The translations under genes were made by a program, and so were the position numbers. A stretch of DNA of 64,000 bases from Eledone cirrhosa (taxonomy: Eukaryota), in the NCBI GenBank assembly GCA_964016885.1, contig OZ024742.1:8432001-8496000 (forward strand). Direction: 5' to 3'. Positions 1 through 14,703 of this stretch are shown here, piece by piece. Under the pieces are notes generated by a model, which was given only the letters and a program-made list of their open reading frames with translations, was not told the DNA's origin and did not search any database. Position 1 is the stretch's first letter, and each line of letters begins with the position of its first letter.

Positions 1-391
1 CAGCTGTGCGGGTCTGAAAATTGGACACTGACCAAGAAACTCACTCAGATGGTGGATGGGTGCTACATTAGAATGCTGAGAATGGCTCTGAACATTAATC
101 AGTTTACACTGAGGATGAAGAACTCCGAGCTGTACGGGAGCCTCCCAAAAGTCAGCTCGAAAGTGACAAGGTGGAGACTGAGGTTACCTGTACAAGCTCG
201 CCGACACCCAGAATTGACACTGCACTCAGTGCTCCTGTGGGAGCCCCTGCATGAGCACACTGGAACAGGAAGAACGAGGTTAACATATGTTGACGCCATA
301 AGGACAGACACTGGTCTCATGACAGCGATAATGAGGGACAGAGATCGCTGGAGAGAAATCCTCCATGGATCTCGGGAATTTTACCCGGCTT

Positions 392-393
<2 letters not shown>
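1..393 (+). mobile_element. 3' end of RTE-type non-LTR retrotransposon (post-RT C-terminal region), followed by (TA)n
   Basis: Frame reads GSENWTLTKKLTQMVDGCYIRMLRMALNI...R.RL.....HPEL....VLLWEP...GRTRLTYVD...MRDRDRWRE, the typical RTE ORF C-terminus; TAG at 391-393 abuts (TA)n. Confidence 0.8.
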
Positions 394-444
<51 letters not shown>

Positions 445-504
445 TTCAAAATATTAACATATCAGACATAATGTATGAGTTTGATCATACCACCTTCTTC
501 GGAA

Positions 505-561
<57 letters not shown>

Positions 562-563
<2 letters not shown>

Positions 564-757
564 GATAAATCTACCAAGAGTTTACGGTAGTGTCCAATCC
601 GTATGAAGAACTCAATGTAATCCGGATTTCATGGAAAGAAGAGATGCATTCAAAAATCACTTTCGGTGAAAGATAAACGGAAAACAGAGTCAAGATAAAA
701 TATTTAAAAAATAATGAATAAAACATTGTTTTATTCATTATTTTTTTAATATTTTAT
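562..757. mobile_element. Mini fold-back copy of the terminal region of the 38-kb PLE family
   Basis: 562-725 matches 34532-34696 (reverse complement of ~38270-38435); ends in a small hairpin aaataatgaataaaaca/tgttttattcattattt; flanked by (TA)n. Confidence 0.85.
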
Positions 758-776
758 ATATATATATATATATATA

Positions 777-895
777 TTTCCGATGAAGGTGGTATGATCA
801 AACTCATACATTATGTCTGATAGCATACAGTTCCATAACCGCTATAGATCAGTCAATATATTGATATGATCAAACCTTCGAAACGATCGTAAAAC
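777..895 (+). ncRNA. Candidate type I hammerhead ribozyme, CCGAUGA core variant with long stem II insert
   Basis: ttt-CCGATGA(780-786)-aggt...acct-tc-GAAA(880-883)-cgatcg-TA-aaa; palindromic stem III ACGATCGT; inverted partial copy at 460-506. Confidence 0.5.
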
Positions 896-950
896 AATGA
901 ATAAGATATTTCAAATAACTTGCTTTTGTTATCATTGTTAAATAAAATGT

Positions 951-1046
<96 letters not shown>

Positions 1047-1294
1047 AAGGGGTATATATATATACATATATATATTAATCTCATTTTATGTATATTCTTC
1101 CATGTGTAGAGAGGAAAGCGTTGTACCTTGCTGCTATTTTTTAGTGGCGTGGCAAACAACACGTCTATAATATTCCCGCTTTTACTAACGACCAGTTTAA
1201 GTATGGGTCATTTTAACGGCATGACCTCATACTATCTGGCAGTAGGCGATACATTTACAAACTGTGAGACTTTACGTCCTATAGAATGGAAATA

Positions 1295-1373
1295 GCTATC
1301 TGAAGAGCTGATCTTTCCGTTGGAAATTTTCTGGATTTCCAATCTTTTGTGAAGCGAAACCGTCGGTAACAGC
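1295..1373 (+). ncRNA. Type I hammerhead ribozyme in a solo PLE terminal-repeat fragment
   Basis: gctat-CTGAAGA(1300-1306)-gct...agc-GAAA(1356-1359)-cc gtc gg-TA-acagc; one mismatch in stem I. Confidence 0.7.
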
Positions 1374-1552
1374 ATTTTTGACAGGTGAATATTTAAATCG
1401 TATTTTAATTTATTTAAAAGATTGTTTAATGTTTGCTAAATTTTATAGTTCTGGTATCTCAAATTAATAACATTGAACAACAAATGTATTATAGACACCC
1501 TATATATTTCCGTAGGTACTTAGTACTTAGTACCTATGGGATTATTAATCTC

Positions 1553-1608
<56 letters not shown>

Positions 1609-1613
1609 CACAT

Positions 1614-1796
<183 letters not shown>

Positions 1797-1825
1797 TATA
1801 TATATATATAGATATATATACACAT

Positions 1826-1858
<33 letters not shown>

Positions 1859-1885
1859 AGTATATATATATATATACACACACAC

Positions 1886-2752
<867 letters not shown>

Positions 2753-2768
2753 CACGCACAGATATATA

Positions 2769-2838
<70 letters not shown>

Positions 2839-2954
2839 TATAAATATATGTGTGTGTGTGAATTCATTTTATTATGGTTAAATAGTAAGTCTTGTTACAT
2901 TGGAGATTTGCCTGTTTACCACAGGGTCATCAGAAAAGAATTCTTTCTCTATCC

Positions 2955-3084
<130 letters not shown>

Positions 3085-3121
3085 TATATACACATATTTA
3101 TAAATATATATATATATATAT

Positions 3122-3255
3122 AGTGGTGGAACACTGGAAGGTAATGTCCGTAGTGGTAGAGCACTCAGTCCAAGGGACGAGTTAGGTAGAAGTGGTTACA
3201 CAACAGTTAGTTCACCATAGCGAGAACGTATGATGAACTAACTGTTGTGTAACCA

Positions 3256-3259
<4 letters not shown>
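3122..3259. mobile_element. Small asymmetric fold-back element; same family at 25508-25730
   Basis: aagtggttacacaacagttagttca / tgaactaactgttgtgtaaccactt inverted pair plus left extension, in (TA)n; related sequence occurs twice at 25508-25568 and 25655-25730. Confidence 0.65.
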
Positions 3260-3353
<94 letters not shown>

Positions 3354-3556
3354 AGTAAGCAGTTATACGTACATACATATGTGTATACAGACGTACAGTC
3401 GTATGTATGCATATACATACATGCACATATATATATGTACGTATGGGTTTACCGAACATTTATTATAATGTTCGGTTTGTTTGTAAACAAACAGCGAATT
3501 AAGCCGTACATTGTTCGGCAACCATCGTTGCCCTTTTGTTCAACACTGGCAAGGGA

Positions 3557-3599
3557 ACGATGAACTAGTTTCAAGCTTATTAGCTATCGTCAGCATCGT
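3557..3599 (-). ncRNA. Minimal type I hammerhead ribozyme (retrozyme unit 1)
   Basis: Reverse complement: acgatg-CTGACGA-t agct aata agct t-GAAA-ctag-TT-catcgt; perfect 6-bp stem I, palindromic stem III ACTAGT. Confidence 0.9.
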
Positions 3600-3986
3600 A
3601 TACCTTCCTGTCAGATGATTGAACGTTTAAAAGTATATACTTTCCTTATGCATATATTAACGACTGAGCAGCCTAATTTGCATATCGAGTGAGTTAGTTG
3701 GCCGGGCGTACCGAAAATGATAAATGGAAAATAATGAAATGAAATTTCATTTCTCACTCTTAGTACGGCTGATACTTACATGTAAGTATGTATACATACA
3801 TATATGTATACAGACGTACAGTAGTATGTATATATATACATACATGCACATATATATATATATATGAACGTATGGGTTTACCGAACATTTATTATAATGT
3901 TCGGTTTGTTTGTAAACAAACAGCCCGAATTAAGCCGTACATTGACGGCGACCATCGTTGCCCTTTTGTTCAACCCTGGCAAAGGA

Positions 3987-4029
3987 ACGATGAACTAGTT
4001 TCAAGCTTATTAGCTATCGTCAGCATCGT
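3987..4029 (-). ncRNA. Minimal type I hammerhead ribozyme (retrozyme unit 2)
   Basis: Identical to 3557-3599, shifted by 430 nt. Confidence 0.9.
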
Positions 4030-4129
4030 ATACCTTCCTGTCAGATGATTGAACGTTTGAAAGTATATACTTTCCTTATGCATATATTAACACTGACAAA
4101 GGAACCATGAAATTTCATTTCATTCCTTT

Positions 4130-4186
<57 letters not shown>

Positions 4187-4195
4187 AATATATAT

Positions 4196-4910
4196 GAGCG
4201 AGAATCGTATTTCGGCTATTGGAAATTAGCGAAGAACAACTTCCGAGATGTGTGGCAAGCGCTCCATAGAAGCTAGTGAACTAGAGCTACAACATAAGTT
4301 GAAAGGCCAAACACACTGAGACGATGGTTAGACCATTATCCGCACAGCCATAGAAACGACCAAGTAATTCGGGTCAAACAAATATGATTGAAAATTATAC
4401 CCGGACCCCTGGAAGGTTGGTAATATCCAGCATTGGGTTTCTGCAACTCCTAAATGAAGTACTGTCTGCTTAGACGAATAATTTTAAGCTTTTGGTATGA
4501 TGATCGAACAAGGAAGTCAATTCCTCAACAGGCTTTTAGTTCAGTGCCAAGCCAAGGACTGACCGTTTTCAAAACCCACGTGGGGCTTGACAAGGGGGGC
4601 AACCCTTAGTTTTGGCGGATGAATTCAGTATGTGTGTTATTGCAAAATTGCAAAATATCACAAAACGAATTAAGCTCTCAACAGAATGGTTTTAAAATTA
4701 ACAAAAGCTATTAATCAGTCAATAGAATTAACTAAAAAAATCAAGAAAATTAACTGGTCAATAGCTAGACTCTGGAGATTAATACAAATATAAATTAGCG
4801 AGAATCGTATTTCGGCTATTGGAAATTTGCGAAAAACAACTTCCGAGATGTGTGGCAAGCGCTCCATAGAAGCTAGTGAACTAGAGCAACAATATAAGTT
4901 AAAAGGCCAA

Positions 4911-4916
<6 letters not shown>
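4196..4916. repeat. Unclassified element with ~120-bp terminal direct repeats
   Basis: agcgagaatcgtatttcggctattgg...aaaggccaaacacac at ~4197-4316 and ~4797-4916 (600-nt period), between microsatellites. Confidence 0.7.
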
Positions 4917-4972
<56 letters not shown>

Positions 4973-5396
4973 AATGAATGCGTGTATTTGTGAGAGTGAG
5001 TGAAATCCAGTGTTATCAGTGTTTTCTCTCCTTCTCCCACCACTCATGAGACTTGTATAAACCGTACAATAGCACCAATCAATAGACATCAGTATATTTA
5101 TATTTATTGTAGCCATTAAGTTCATTTTAATGAATCATGAAAGAAGAAATAGCAAGATGACACCAGTTGTTGGTGTAACATGAGATCGAAACTTGTCTCT
5201 GGAGATTTACAACATTACAGTTTACACTTTATAACATCTACAATGATATTGTCTGAGATGAGACGTTGATAGGAACTCGTAAACAATCCCGATGACTGAC
5301 ACACACACTCTCTCTCTCTCTCGGTCTCTCTCTCTCTATCTATCTCTCTATCTCTCTTTCTCTCTCACTCACTCTCTCGCTCGCTCTCTCTCTATA

Positions 5397-5439
<43 letters not shown>

Positions 5440-6226
5440 TTCTCTTTCTTTCTCTATCTCTCTCTATCTCTCTATCTATCTATCTTTCTCTCTCTCTATC
5501 TCTCTCAGTCTCTCTCTATCTATTTATATCTCTCTCTCTTTCTCTCTCTCTATCTCTCTCACCCCCTCTCTCTCTATCTATCTATCTATCTAGCTAGCTA
5601 GCTATATATGTATGTATATGTATATATGAATGAATGTATGTGTGTATGTATGTATGTATGTGTGTATATATATGTTTGTATGTATATGTGTGTGATTGTT
5701 TATATGAGTATTGCGCGTATGTGTATAGATATTTGTATACGTGAGTATATGTTTATATGTACGTATGTGTGTATGTATGTGTGTATGTTACTCTGTGTAT
5801 ATGTATATCCGTACATATACATGGTTTCCCTGAAAATGTTCCTTGTAACCTCTAACTTGAAGGTTAAACATTCTAAAAAGTCACATTTGACGACAGACGC
5901 AACAAACCGAAATATACGAGGGGCGTCAGCTGGAAAGTTGATAAGTTCCAGGGACTATTTTAAAAAATAAACCTTATTTGTTCATTCCATGAGAGCATCT
6001 TCTTCAGCCTCTGAAATTGTCAATTACCCATGTATGCACACACAAACGGTACACCAAATATATATATATACACAACAGTACACTACATATATATACATAC
6101 TCAAACAAACAGCATATATATATATATGTATACGTATACAGTACACATAATTACACAAAACACAACCTCAACACTCGTACAATTAGACAATAAGCATACA
6201 AAGATGTACACACACACACACACACT

Positions 6227-6257
<31 letters not shown>

Positions 6258-7449
6258 TTATGTGTGCATGTGTGTGTGTGTGTATATATATACACATATA
6301 TTCTCAATTATACATACTATAACACTCATATACACACTTACATACTTACACACTCTCACACACACATATACACTTACATATTTACACACTCTCATACACA
6401 TATATACACTTACATACTTACACACTCTCACACATACAAGTGCCTACATACATACACACTCTCACACACATATATACACAACAAATACAGATACAAGCAA
6501 GCCAATAACCATGTTACGCCTACATATATATACACACACTTTCTCTTTCTCTCACACACATTCTCTCGCACATACACACACAGACACACTCTCTCTATCA
6601 TTCACACTCTCTCACACACACACTCTCTCTGTCTCAGATATACACACACACTTTCTCTTTCTCTCTTGCACACTCACACACATACACACACACACACACT
6701 CTCTCTCTCAAATACACACACGCTCTCTCACATACACACACAAGCACGTAAGAAAATACCAATAAAATCTGCCACCCACTGCTCATATAAACACACACAC
6801 ACACACACACAAATATCTTCAACATAAATCATAAAACAGCGACATTCCATACTGGTCGCAATCCCAGGCCCAACCCTCAACATCTATATTTCTCTGTCTG
6901 TCTCTCAACATGTCTGACCCTTATATCACCTAAATATAATTTATCTATTCTTTCATATATCATTTACATGTAATGTGTCATGTCCCTACCCTGACGAAAT
7001 GGTCAACGACCATACATTCAATAGAACTTTCAATAGATTTTACGCCTGACCACTAGAGATATATGTAATGAAAAGTGTCTATTTATATATGTGTGTGTGT
7101 GTGTGTACGTGCATGAGTATGTGTTAGGTGGCTAGCTACAGTCCCCCCTATATACACACACACACACACACATACACATATGTGTGTATATATATATGTG
7201 TGTGTATATATATATATATGTGTGTGTGTGTATAATACGCACACATTTTTTCACTATACACATGCATTTGTACATACACATATGTACATTTGTAGGTGCA
7301 TATACACACATTTATACACATACCCTTACTATATTTCCTTATTTTATTTTTATATATCTCTTGCATTACTTTTATTTATATATATTTTTTTTGCCCGTTA
7401 AACTTTTGCCTTTCTGGAGAAGCTTTTTCAAATATTTCACTATTTTTTA

Positions 7450-7527
7450 AATTACCTTGTCTGACGAACGAATGAGGACGTTTCTTGTATTCGTCTTATT
7501 CGGGAAACCTCTGGTAATGAGGTAATT
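7450..7527 (+). ncRNA. Type I hammerhead ribozyme
   Basis: aattaccttgt-CTGACGA(7461)-a cgaatgaggacg...cgtcttattcg g-GAAA(7504)-cc tct gg-TA-atgaggtaatt; 11-bp stem I with 2 GU pairs, 12-bp stem II. Confidence 0.85.
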
Positions 7528-7543
7528 ATATTGTATTGTTTAT

Positions 7544-7605
<62 letters not shown>

Positions 7606-7610
<5 letters not shown>

Positions 7611-10600
7611 TCGCTGTTATGGCATTAGCTTGTACCAAGCTGAAAGGTTATTGAAAGACACTGTTTTCTGTTATATAAAAACTACAATAACAACTGAACA
7701 AATCTGCTTCTTAAAACACTGTGTTTCCTTCAAAATATACACAACAAACATATCAAAACAAGTAAATAATTTATTATTGAACAAAACACAAGCTGAACGA
7801 CTAAAAAACACAATAACAGTTAATATGAAAAGAACAACATACACAAAAGTTAACGAACTTTACAGACAGAAACGCTTTAACGGTAAGGAAGTCCGAAATC
7901 TCACCACACCAAACGAGAGAGATAACTTCATGAGCGTCATTCGACGTGAAACGAAATACGCCCGAAACGAATGCAATAGGCATTTCAATAAGAAATTAGA
8001 ATGGATGAATAAGAAAAAAACTAGAAGAAAGAAAATAAAATATTCCCCAAAATACCCTGCTAACATCAACAATATCCGTATGACTGATGTAGAACTACCG
8101 GAAGAATTTACCAATGACCACACAGTAAATATTTATGGGAACACTTTAATCAGTGAACAAGAACAACACATTCTGCAGCTACCACCGAGATTTGCTATCT
8201 ACAAAAAGATTAACCCTATGAAGTGCAAAACGGAGCTGGAAAAGTGTTTCACAAAAATACGTTGGAATGCAAAAGTAAACAACAACAACAACTATACGGA
8301 CAACAACAACAATAAAAACGATAATAGTAATAAAAATAATAACTCTGAGTATAGAAATAACAGCTATAATAGTAATAATCATAACAATAACAATAGCAGG
8401 AAAGTGAGAAATAGTAATAATGGTAATAATATTAACGATAAACAGAACAACAACAACAACCACAATAATAATAATAGAAACATTAACGACAGACACAGCA
8501 GCAGCGACCACAGTAGTATAACTGTAACAATACGAATAACAACAACAACAACCACAGTGGTAATAATATAAATAATATATGTAGCAACATTAATGATAGG
8601 CACAACAACAACAAAAACAAGAAACATAATAAAAGTAACAACCACAATGGTAGAAATAACAGTAATAACAACAAAAACGGTGGAGAAAACAACAACAATA
8701 CATCTGACAATCACAGCAACAATACATCTAGCAATCATAACAATAATAATAATTCTAATGATAGGAACAACAACAACCATAATAACAATAATAGCAACAC
8801 ACACAACTATGACGATAGATATAATGACAACCCCTTAGAGAAAGTATTCTTCAACCCAGCTGACAAAACATATAGGATGGGTAATATCTATCCTACGAGG
8901 TTACCCTTTAATAAAAGAGTTTGCATACCACAACAAATAGATGACGAGACCGAGGCACAGTTCACCATAGCTAGAAATAAGATTAGACAAGTAGTAGACA
9001 GGTATACTAAGAGACAGAGCAGACCAGAGGTCCAACAACTTGGGAGGAAACCTGTAGAAGGCTTGGTTAGCCTCAAGCAGCGCACAAGGGATGGTGAGGT
9101 AGTATGTCTACCCACGGATAAGTCTGGTAGGATGTCAATAGACAGCATGCTGAACTACATCAAGGCTATGCAACCCCACATTACCAACACGAGCGAAATT
9201 GCACAGCAAACACACGATGGGAGAGAGAAAATCCTAACGCTCATATGATGATGTGGACCGACACCCTAAAGCCAAGCAGTCGTGCTGCCAACAACTTCCA
9301 GGCGTCTAACAATGGCATACCACCCTTGTATGGGCTCCGCAAAGACCACAAGACAGTCGACGACCTGAAAACAGGACCACCAACAAGACCTGTATGCGGA
9401 GCAAATATAGCTATCAACTACAGGATCTCCTACTTCCTCTCAATGGTTATACGCTCCATAATCAAGATGTCACCAGATGTATGTGACAGTACAGAGGACC
9501 TCCTCAGCAGAATCAGTGAGTGCAACAAAAACAGGAACCTATCCAACTGCATAATAGGCAGTATGGATGTGGTATCACTGTACCCATCCATTAACATTGA
9601 TTTTGCTGCGGAAAAATGTGTTGAGAGGATCATTGAGAGTGAGGTGGAGTTCTGCGACGTCGACACAGACGAACTGGCCTCCTACTTAGACTTACCTACG
9701 ACAATGACTGCCTAGACAGCCATGACCTTAGACGTTTCTGCCCCAGTAGACCCATTAGAGGTAGACCCCAACCATAACCTCAATGGCAAAAAAGACTCTC
9801 ATGGGAAGGTGGATTGGGTGGGCCAAAGCTATACGGACCGCCCAAAACAGTGATCAGGTAAGAAAAATGGTCGCACATGCAATAGGGGCTAGTATCAACA
9901 CTACCCTAAAGGGCAACATATTCAAGTTCAACGAGAAGATCTACACCCAAAATGAGGGAGCAGCCATTGGCGTCAGCATAGCTGTTGACGTTGCCAACCC
10001 TTTTATGGTATGGTGGGAAAAGAGACTCAAAGATCTCATTGATGAGAACACCATAGACCTCATCATGTACTCTCGTTACGTAGACGATATCAATATAGTA
10101 ATAAGGAGATCCCCACAAAAGAGCACTAACAAGTTTGATTTAGAACGTAGCACAATGGAAAGCACCTATCATATAGCTAATTCCATACACCAGTGTATAA
10201 CTGTAACTATCGACTACCCTTCCAAACACCCTAACAATAGACTACCTGTATTAGACACGGAACTCTGGATTAACACTATAGACGAGAGAGCCCAAATTCT
10301 CCACTCACACTTTGCTAAACCCATGACCTCCAAATACCTGATACTCAAAAACTCAGCATTGTCCAGTAGTGCTAAGTTTAATATTCTGATGGCAGACTTG
10401 GTACGAGTGATGAAGAATGTGTCCCGCATGTGCGACCCAACAGAAATGGAAAGACACATCCAACACTTCATCAACTGCATGCAGTTCTCTCGCTACAACC
10501 AAAGAGACAGAATCAGAGTATACGAAGGAGCCACGGAGAAGTATATGACCCTCATAGAACTGGACATGAAAGGTATTTGCCCATTATACAGGAGCAAAAC

Positions 10601-11191
10601 ATGGAATAGCTTAGATAGGGCTAGACATAAGGTAGGGAAAGCCACCTCATGGTACGACAACCAGAGATACCAGAGTGTGATGTTTGTGGACGCTACCCCG
10701 GGAGGAAAATTAGCTAACCAGTGTAGAAAGGCCCTGAGAAAGATCCACTTAAAGATTAAGGTGGTAGAAAAGCCAGGAACCACCATAAAATCCCTGATCA
10801 GGAAAACCTACCCTTTTAAGAAAACCCACTGTACTACAAGGAAATGTATCATATGTAAAGTAAACCCCGAATAAACTGTAAAACTAGAAACGTAGTCTAT
10901 AGCATAAGATGTACAGAGGGGACTTGCAGAAACATGACAATAACATACATAGGCGAGACAGCTCGTATCATAGGTGAAAGGATAGACCAACACCTGGGGG
11001 AACTAAAAGGACGAAAACACGGTTCAGTACTATGCGAACACGCCAAACAACAACATAACGGTAACATAGACAACATAGAAATTAAAATGATATCTAAACA
11101 TAGAAATGACCCAGCAGATAGGCAAATCAGAGAGGCCAGCGACATAGAACTTAGAAGGCCAAGGCTAAACAGAAAAAAACGAATGGAATAA
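7606..11191 (+). pseudogene. Frameshifted PLE RT / GIY-YIG endonuclease ORF
   Basis: PTDKSGR, PPLYGLRKDHK, TRPVCGA, GSMDVVSLYPSI, CPSRPIRGRPPTIT, QNEGAAIG, SRYVDD, LPVLD; endonuclease CTTRKCIIC..CKTRNVVYSIRC....C..YIGETAR...R..QH..EHAKQQH; several frameshifts (~8.5-8.8k, 9.24k, 9.7-9.78k, 10.87k). Confidence 0.9.
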
Positions 11192-11699
11192 TAACATCCA
11201 AACAAACACTGACCTAAGAGAAGTATAAATAAATAAATAAATACATAAATAAATAAATACATACACAAGCACAATAACAACAAACACATATAAACACTCA
11301 CTAGTAAACTAAGATAGAATACATTAACCAATGCACAGTCACCCAAACAAGAACACACATCAAACAAAACACTATACACACACGCAAACGCATGCTTAAA
11401 GACAAAAAAATACGCAAATAAATAAACAGACTAAATAAAGATGGCGTAGGCATACAATGCAACGGGAGGAAACATAATAGCACCACTGGCGATGTTGGAG
11501 ATGTGCAACGAAAGAACTTTGATAGACTGCGTTTGTGTCTATATTGTATCTGTATTTTTGACTGTTGGTCAGTCAATGGTAACATTGAGGACCGAATAAA
11601 TTAAATTAACCGATATAAAAGACAAAGAACCGAAAACCAACCAAACAGTGAGTGTGTTCTGTTATTAATTCTGGCAATATTACACAAATATGACCTTCC

Positions 11700-11700
<1 letters not shown>
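7606..11700 (+). mobile_element. Penelope-like element, Naiad-like, decayed
   Basis: RT and GIY-YIG fragments 7606-11191 followed by ~500 bp of 3' non-coding sequence; flanked by (TA)n. Confidence 0.85.
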
Positions 11701-11728
<28 letters not shown>

Positions 11729-11731
<3 letters not shown>

Positions 11732-11847
11732 CGAAGGAGATGTGGTAAGGAACCAGGTGGACCATAACGCACCAAAGTACTCAATACTAAGAGTACAGAA
11801 TTAGCCGTCGAAACGGCTTGAGCTCAGCCGTCGGGGTCTTACTTGTT

Positions 11848-11851
<4 letters not shown>
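11729..11851. mobile_element. Mini two-ended copy of the 19-21 kb PLE family
   Basis: 11729-11790 is the reverse complement of 21012-21072; 11793-11851 is the reverse complement of ~18975-19034 and contains the 3' half of the HHR (GAAA cggc ttgagctca gccg TC ggggt). Confidence 0.8.
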
Positions 11852-11884
<33 letters not shown>

Positions 11885-11886
<2 letters not shown>

Positions 11887-12572
11887 AACATTAAGATAAA
11901 TTAAATGAATTTAATCTAAATCAAAATTAAGGGTGTCATGCCAGGAAGACATGCGCCATATCACCCGGAAAATAAGCTCTAAGATTCTAACGAGTAGGCC
12001 GAGCATTTTATAATAACTAGAAATCGATTAACATATATATAAACATGAATAATCACAGGAGATAATTTTTATAAGTGTGTAACCACACATAGCTAGGTAG
12101 GTAACTAAATGAAGTTGACTAGAACTTCAAAAATAGATACCTTATAATATGATTAATCTTCCCTGTATATATTCCATTAAAGAAATATATTTCACCAATT
12201 AATCAGATGGTAAACCACGGAAGTGGGGATTGGATTTTCAACAAGGAAGAAATTTCCAGCCATCCGCGCTTACACTTCAAGTTCAAATCTGCAACTGGAT
12301 ATTACCACGTGTAGTATTTACTATAAATACACCCATCACAGTAGCTTCGTCCCAGTGGCGTGAATAGTGTTATCGACAACTAGAAACAGCAGTCGAAATA
12401 TATTTCTTTAATGGAATATATACAGGGAAGATTAATCATATTATAAGGTATCTATTTTTGAAGTTCTAGTCAATTTTATTTAGTTACCTACCTAGCTATG
12501 TGTGGTTACACACTTGTAAAAATTATCTCCTGTGATTATTCATGTTTATATATGTGTTAATCAATTTCTAGT

Positions 12573-12578
<6 letters not shown>
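11885..12578. mobile_element. Asymmetric fold-back element in (TA)n
   Basis: Arms ~12009-12193 and ~12395-12578 are inverted; ~125-bp left extension; arms begin at GAAATATATT, an HHR 3'-half-like motif. Confidence 0.75.
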
Positions 12579-12621
<43 letters not shown>

Positions 12622-13134
12622 CAAAAAGTAAAACAGAACAACGTAGCAAACGACACAGTACAATGCAAAATATATTAGTTTAACGCTTACTATGATAAAA
12701 ATCTTGCTTTCTTCTTCCTCTTTTCCTTTCTTTTCCTTTTCGTTTTTTTTCCTTCTTTTCACCCCTGATAGTTTCGTGTTATAAGAGGAACAATACTTTT
12801 TACTTGTCACCTGAAATTCTATGTATACTTGTCATAGCTTAATTCGCTGTATTGTCGCGTCTCTTCTACACCATAGGACAGCGTGTTGTATTGTGTTAGA
12901 CGCTGAGACCCCAGGTAGACTAACAGTACCGTTGGTAAGGGTAGAAACTGCCGAAGTTTATCTCAACGATGACCCTGGAGTTCTGAGTCTTTCGTTTGTA
13001 TTTTTATTAAAAAAATATTACAATTTATAAAGGTTTCCTCTTAAAAAAATATGATTTTCGCTTTGCCTTGTTTTCGTTCGCTGTCTTATCCTCCGTTTAT
13101 TGACTTTCATAAGTTTATCATATGTATATATATA

Positions 13135-13596
<462 letters not shown>

Positions 13597-13665
13597 CATG
13601 CACACATATATATATGTATATTATATATACATGTATATATACATACATGCACACATATATATATG

Positions 13666-13703
<38 letters not shown>

Positions 13704-13772
13704 CATATATATATGTGTGCATGTATGTATATATACATGTATATATAATATACATATATATATGTGTGCATG

Positions 13773-13899
<127 letters not shown>

Positions 13900-13911
13900 T
13901 ATATATATACA

Positions 13912-13941
<30 letters not shown>

Positions 13942-13945
<4 letters not shown>

Positions 13946-14132
13946 TCTGAATTTGTTTGGCAAGATTCTTTATCTGAAAACGTGTGTTGAAACCGATATT
14001 GTTATACTTTGGGAGGGTCATGTTGCCAATAAGAAACACACACACCAGTTGTTTCACTCCAATTTATAATAAATTGGAGTGAAACTGTTGGTGCGTGTGT
14101 TTCTTATTGGCAACATGACCCTCTCAAAGTAT

Positions 14133-14140
<8 letters not shown>
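13942..14140. mobile_element. Small asymmetric fold-back element
   Basis: Near-perfect hairpin 13996-14140 centred ~14068; ~55-bp left extension; in (TA)n. Confidence 0.75.
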
Positions 14141-14214
<74 letters not shown>

Positions 14215-14215
<1 letters not shown>

Positions 14216-14629
14216 CAATATATTAACAAATGGAAACTATATTTATAAAATCATATTTATTTCATTATACATATTTCAAAGGCCACCAAACCAGATAATG
14301 GTGCGCTTTCATCAGATAAAATATAATATAGATTAGTTTTATAAATAAATATTGACATACCCTGAAAAAATGCAACCTTCACGGTTGCAGTCTCTCAGGG
14401 TATGTCAATATTTATTTATAAAACTAATCTATATTATATTTTATTTGATGAAAGCGCACCATTATCTGGTTTGGTGGCCTTTGAAATATGTATAATGAAA
14501 TAAATATGGTTTTATAAATATAGCTTCCATTTGTATTGTATATTTACTCCAATAATTTGTTGAGTGCTTTATATCAGTTATAAAATTATTTTGCTTGTTG
14601 TATCCGAACAAATTAAATATAACCTCTAC
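14215..14629. mobile_element. Asymmetric fold-back element with HHR on both arms
   Basis: Palindrome ~14227-14533 centred ~14380; arm reads tattttat-CTGATGA (left) or TTGATGA (right)-aagcgcacca...tggtggcctt t-GAAA-tatgta-TA-atgaaata; ~90-bp right extension; homologous to 57278-57575. Confidence 0.85.
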
Positions 14630-14632
14630 ATA

Positions 14633-14703
<71 letters not shown>

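Larger units (their letters stand above)
3355..4125 (-). mobile_element. Tandem dimer of a 430-nt non-coding HHR-bearing repeat (putative non-LTR retrozyme)
   Basis: Direct repeats with period 430 (tgaactagtt at 3561 and 3991); each unit carries a minus-strand HHR; no coding potential. Confidence 0.8.

Noticed and set aside
5914-5960. tacgagggg mariner TIR-like start
   Set aside because: No partner TIR or transposase found
6985-7075. CTGACGA followed by a tggtc/gacca hairpin, HHR-like
   Set aside because: No properly placed GAAA box or stem I complement
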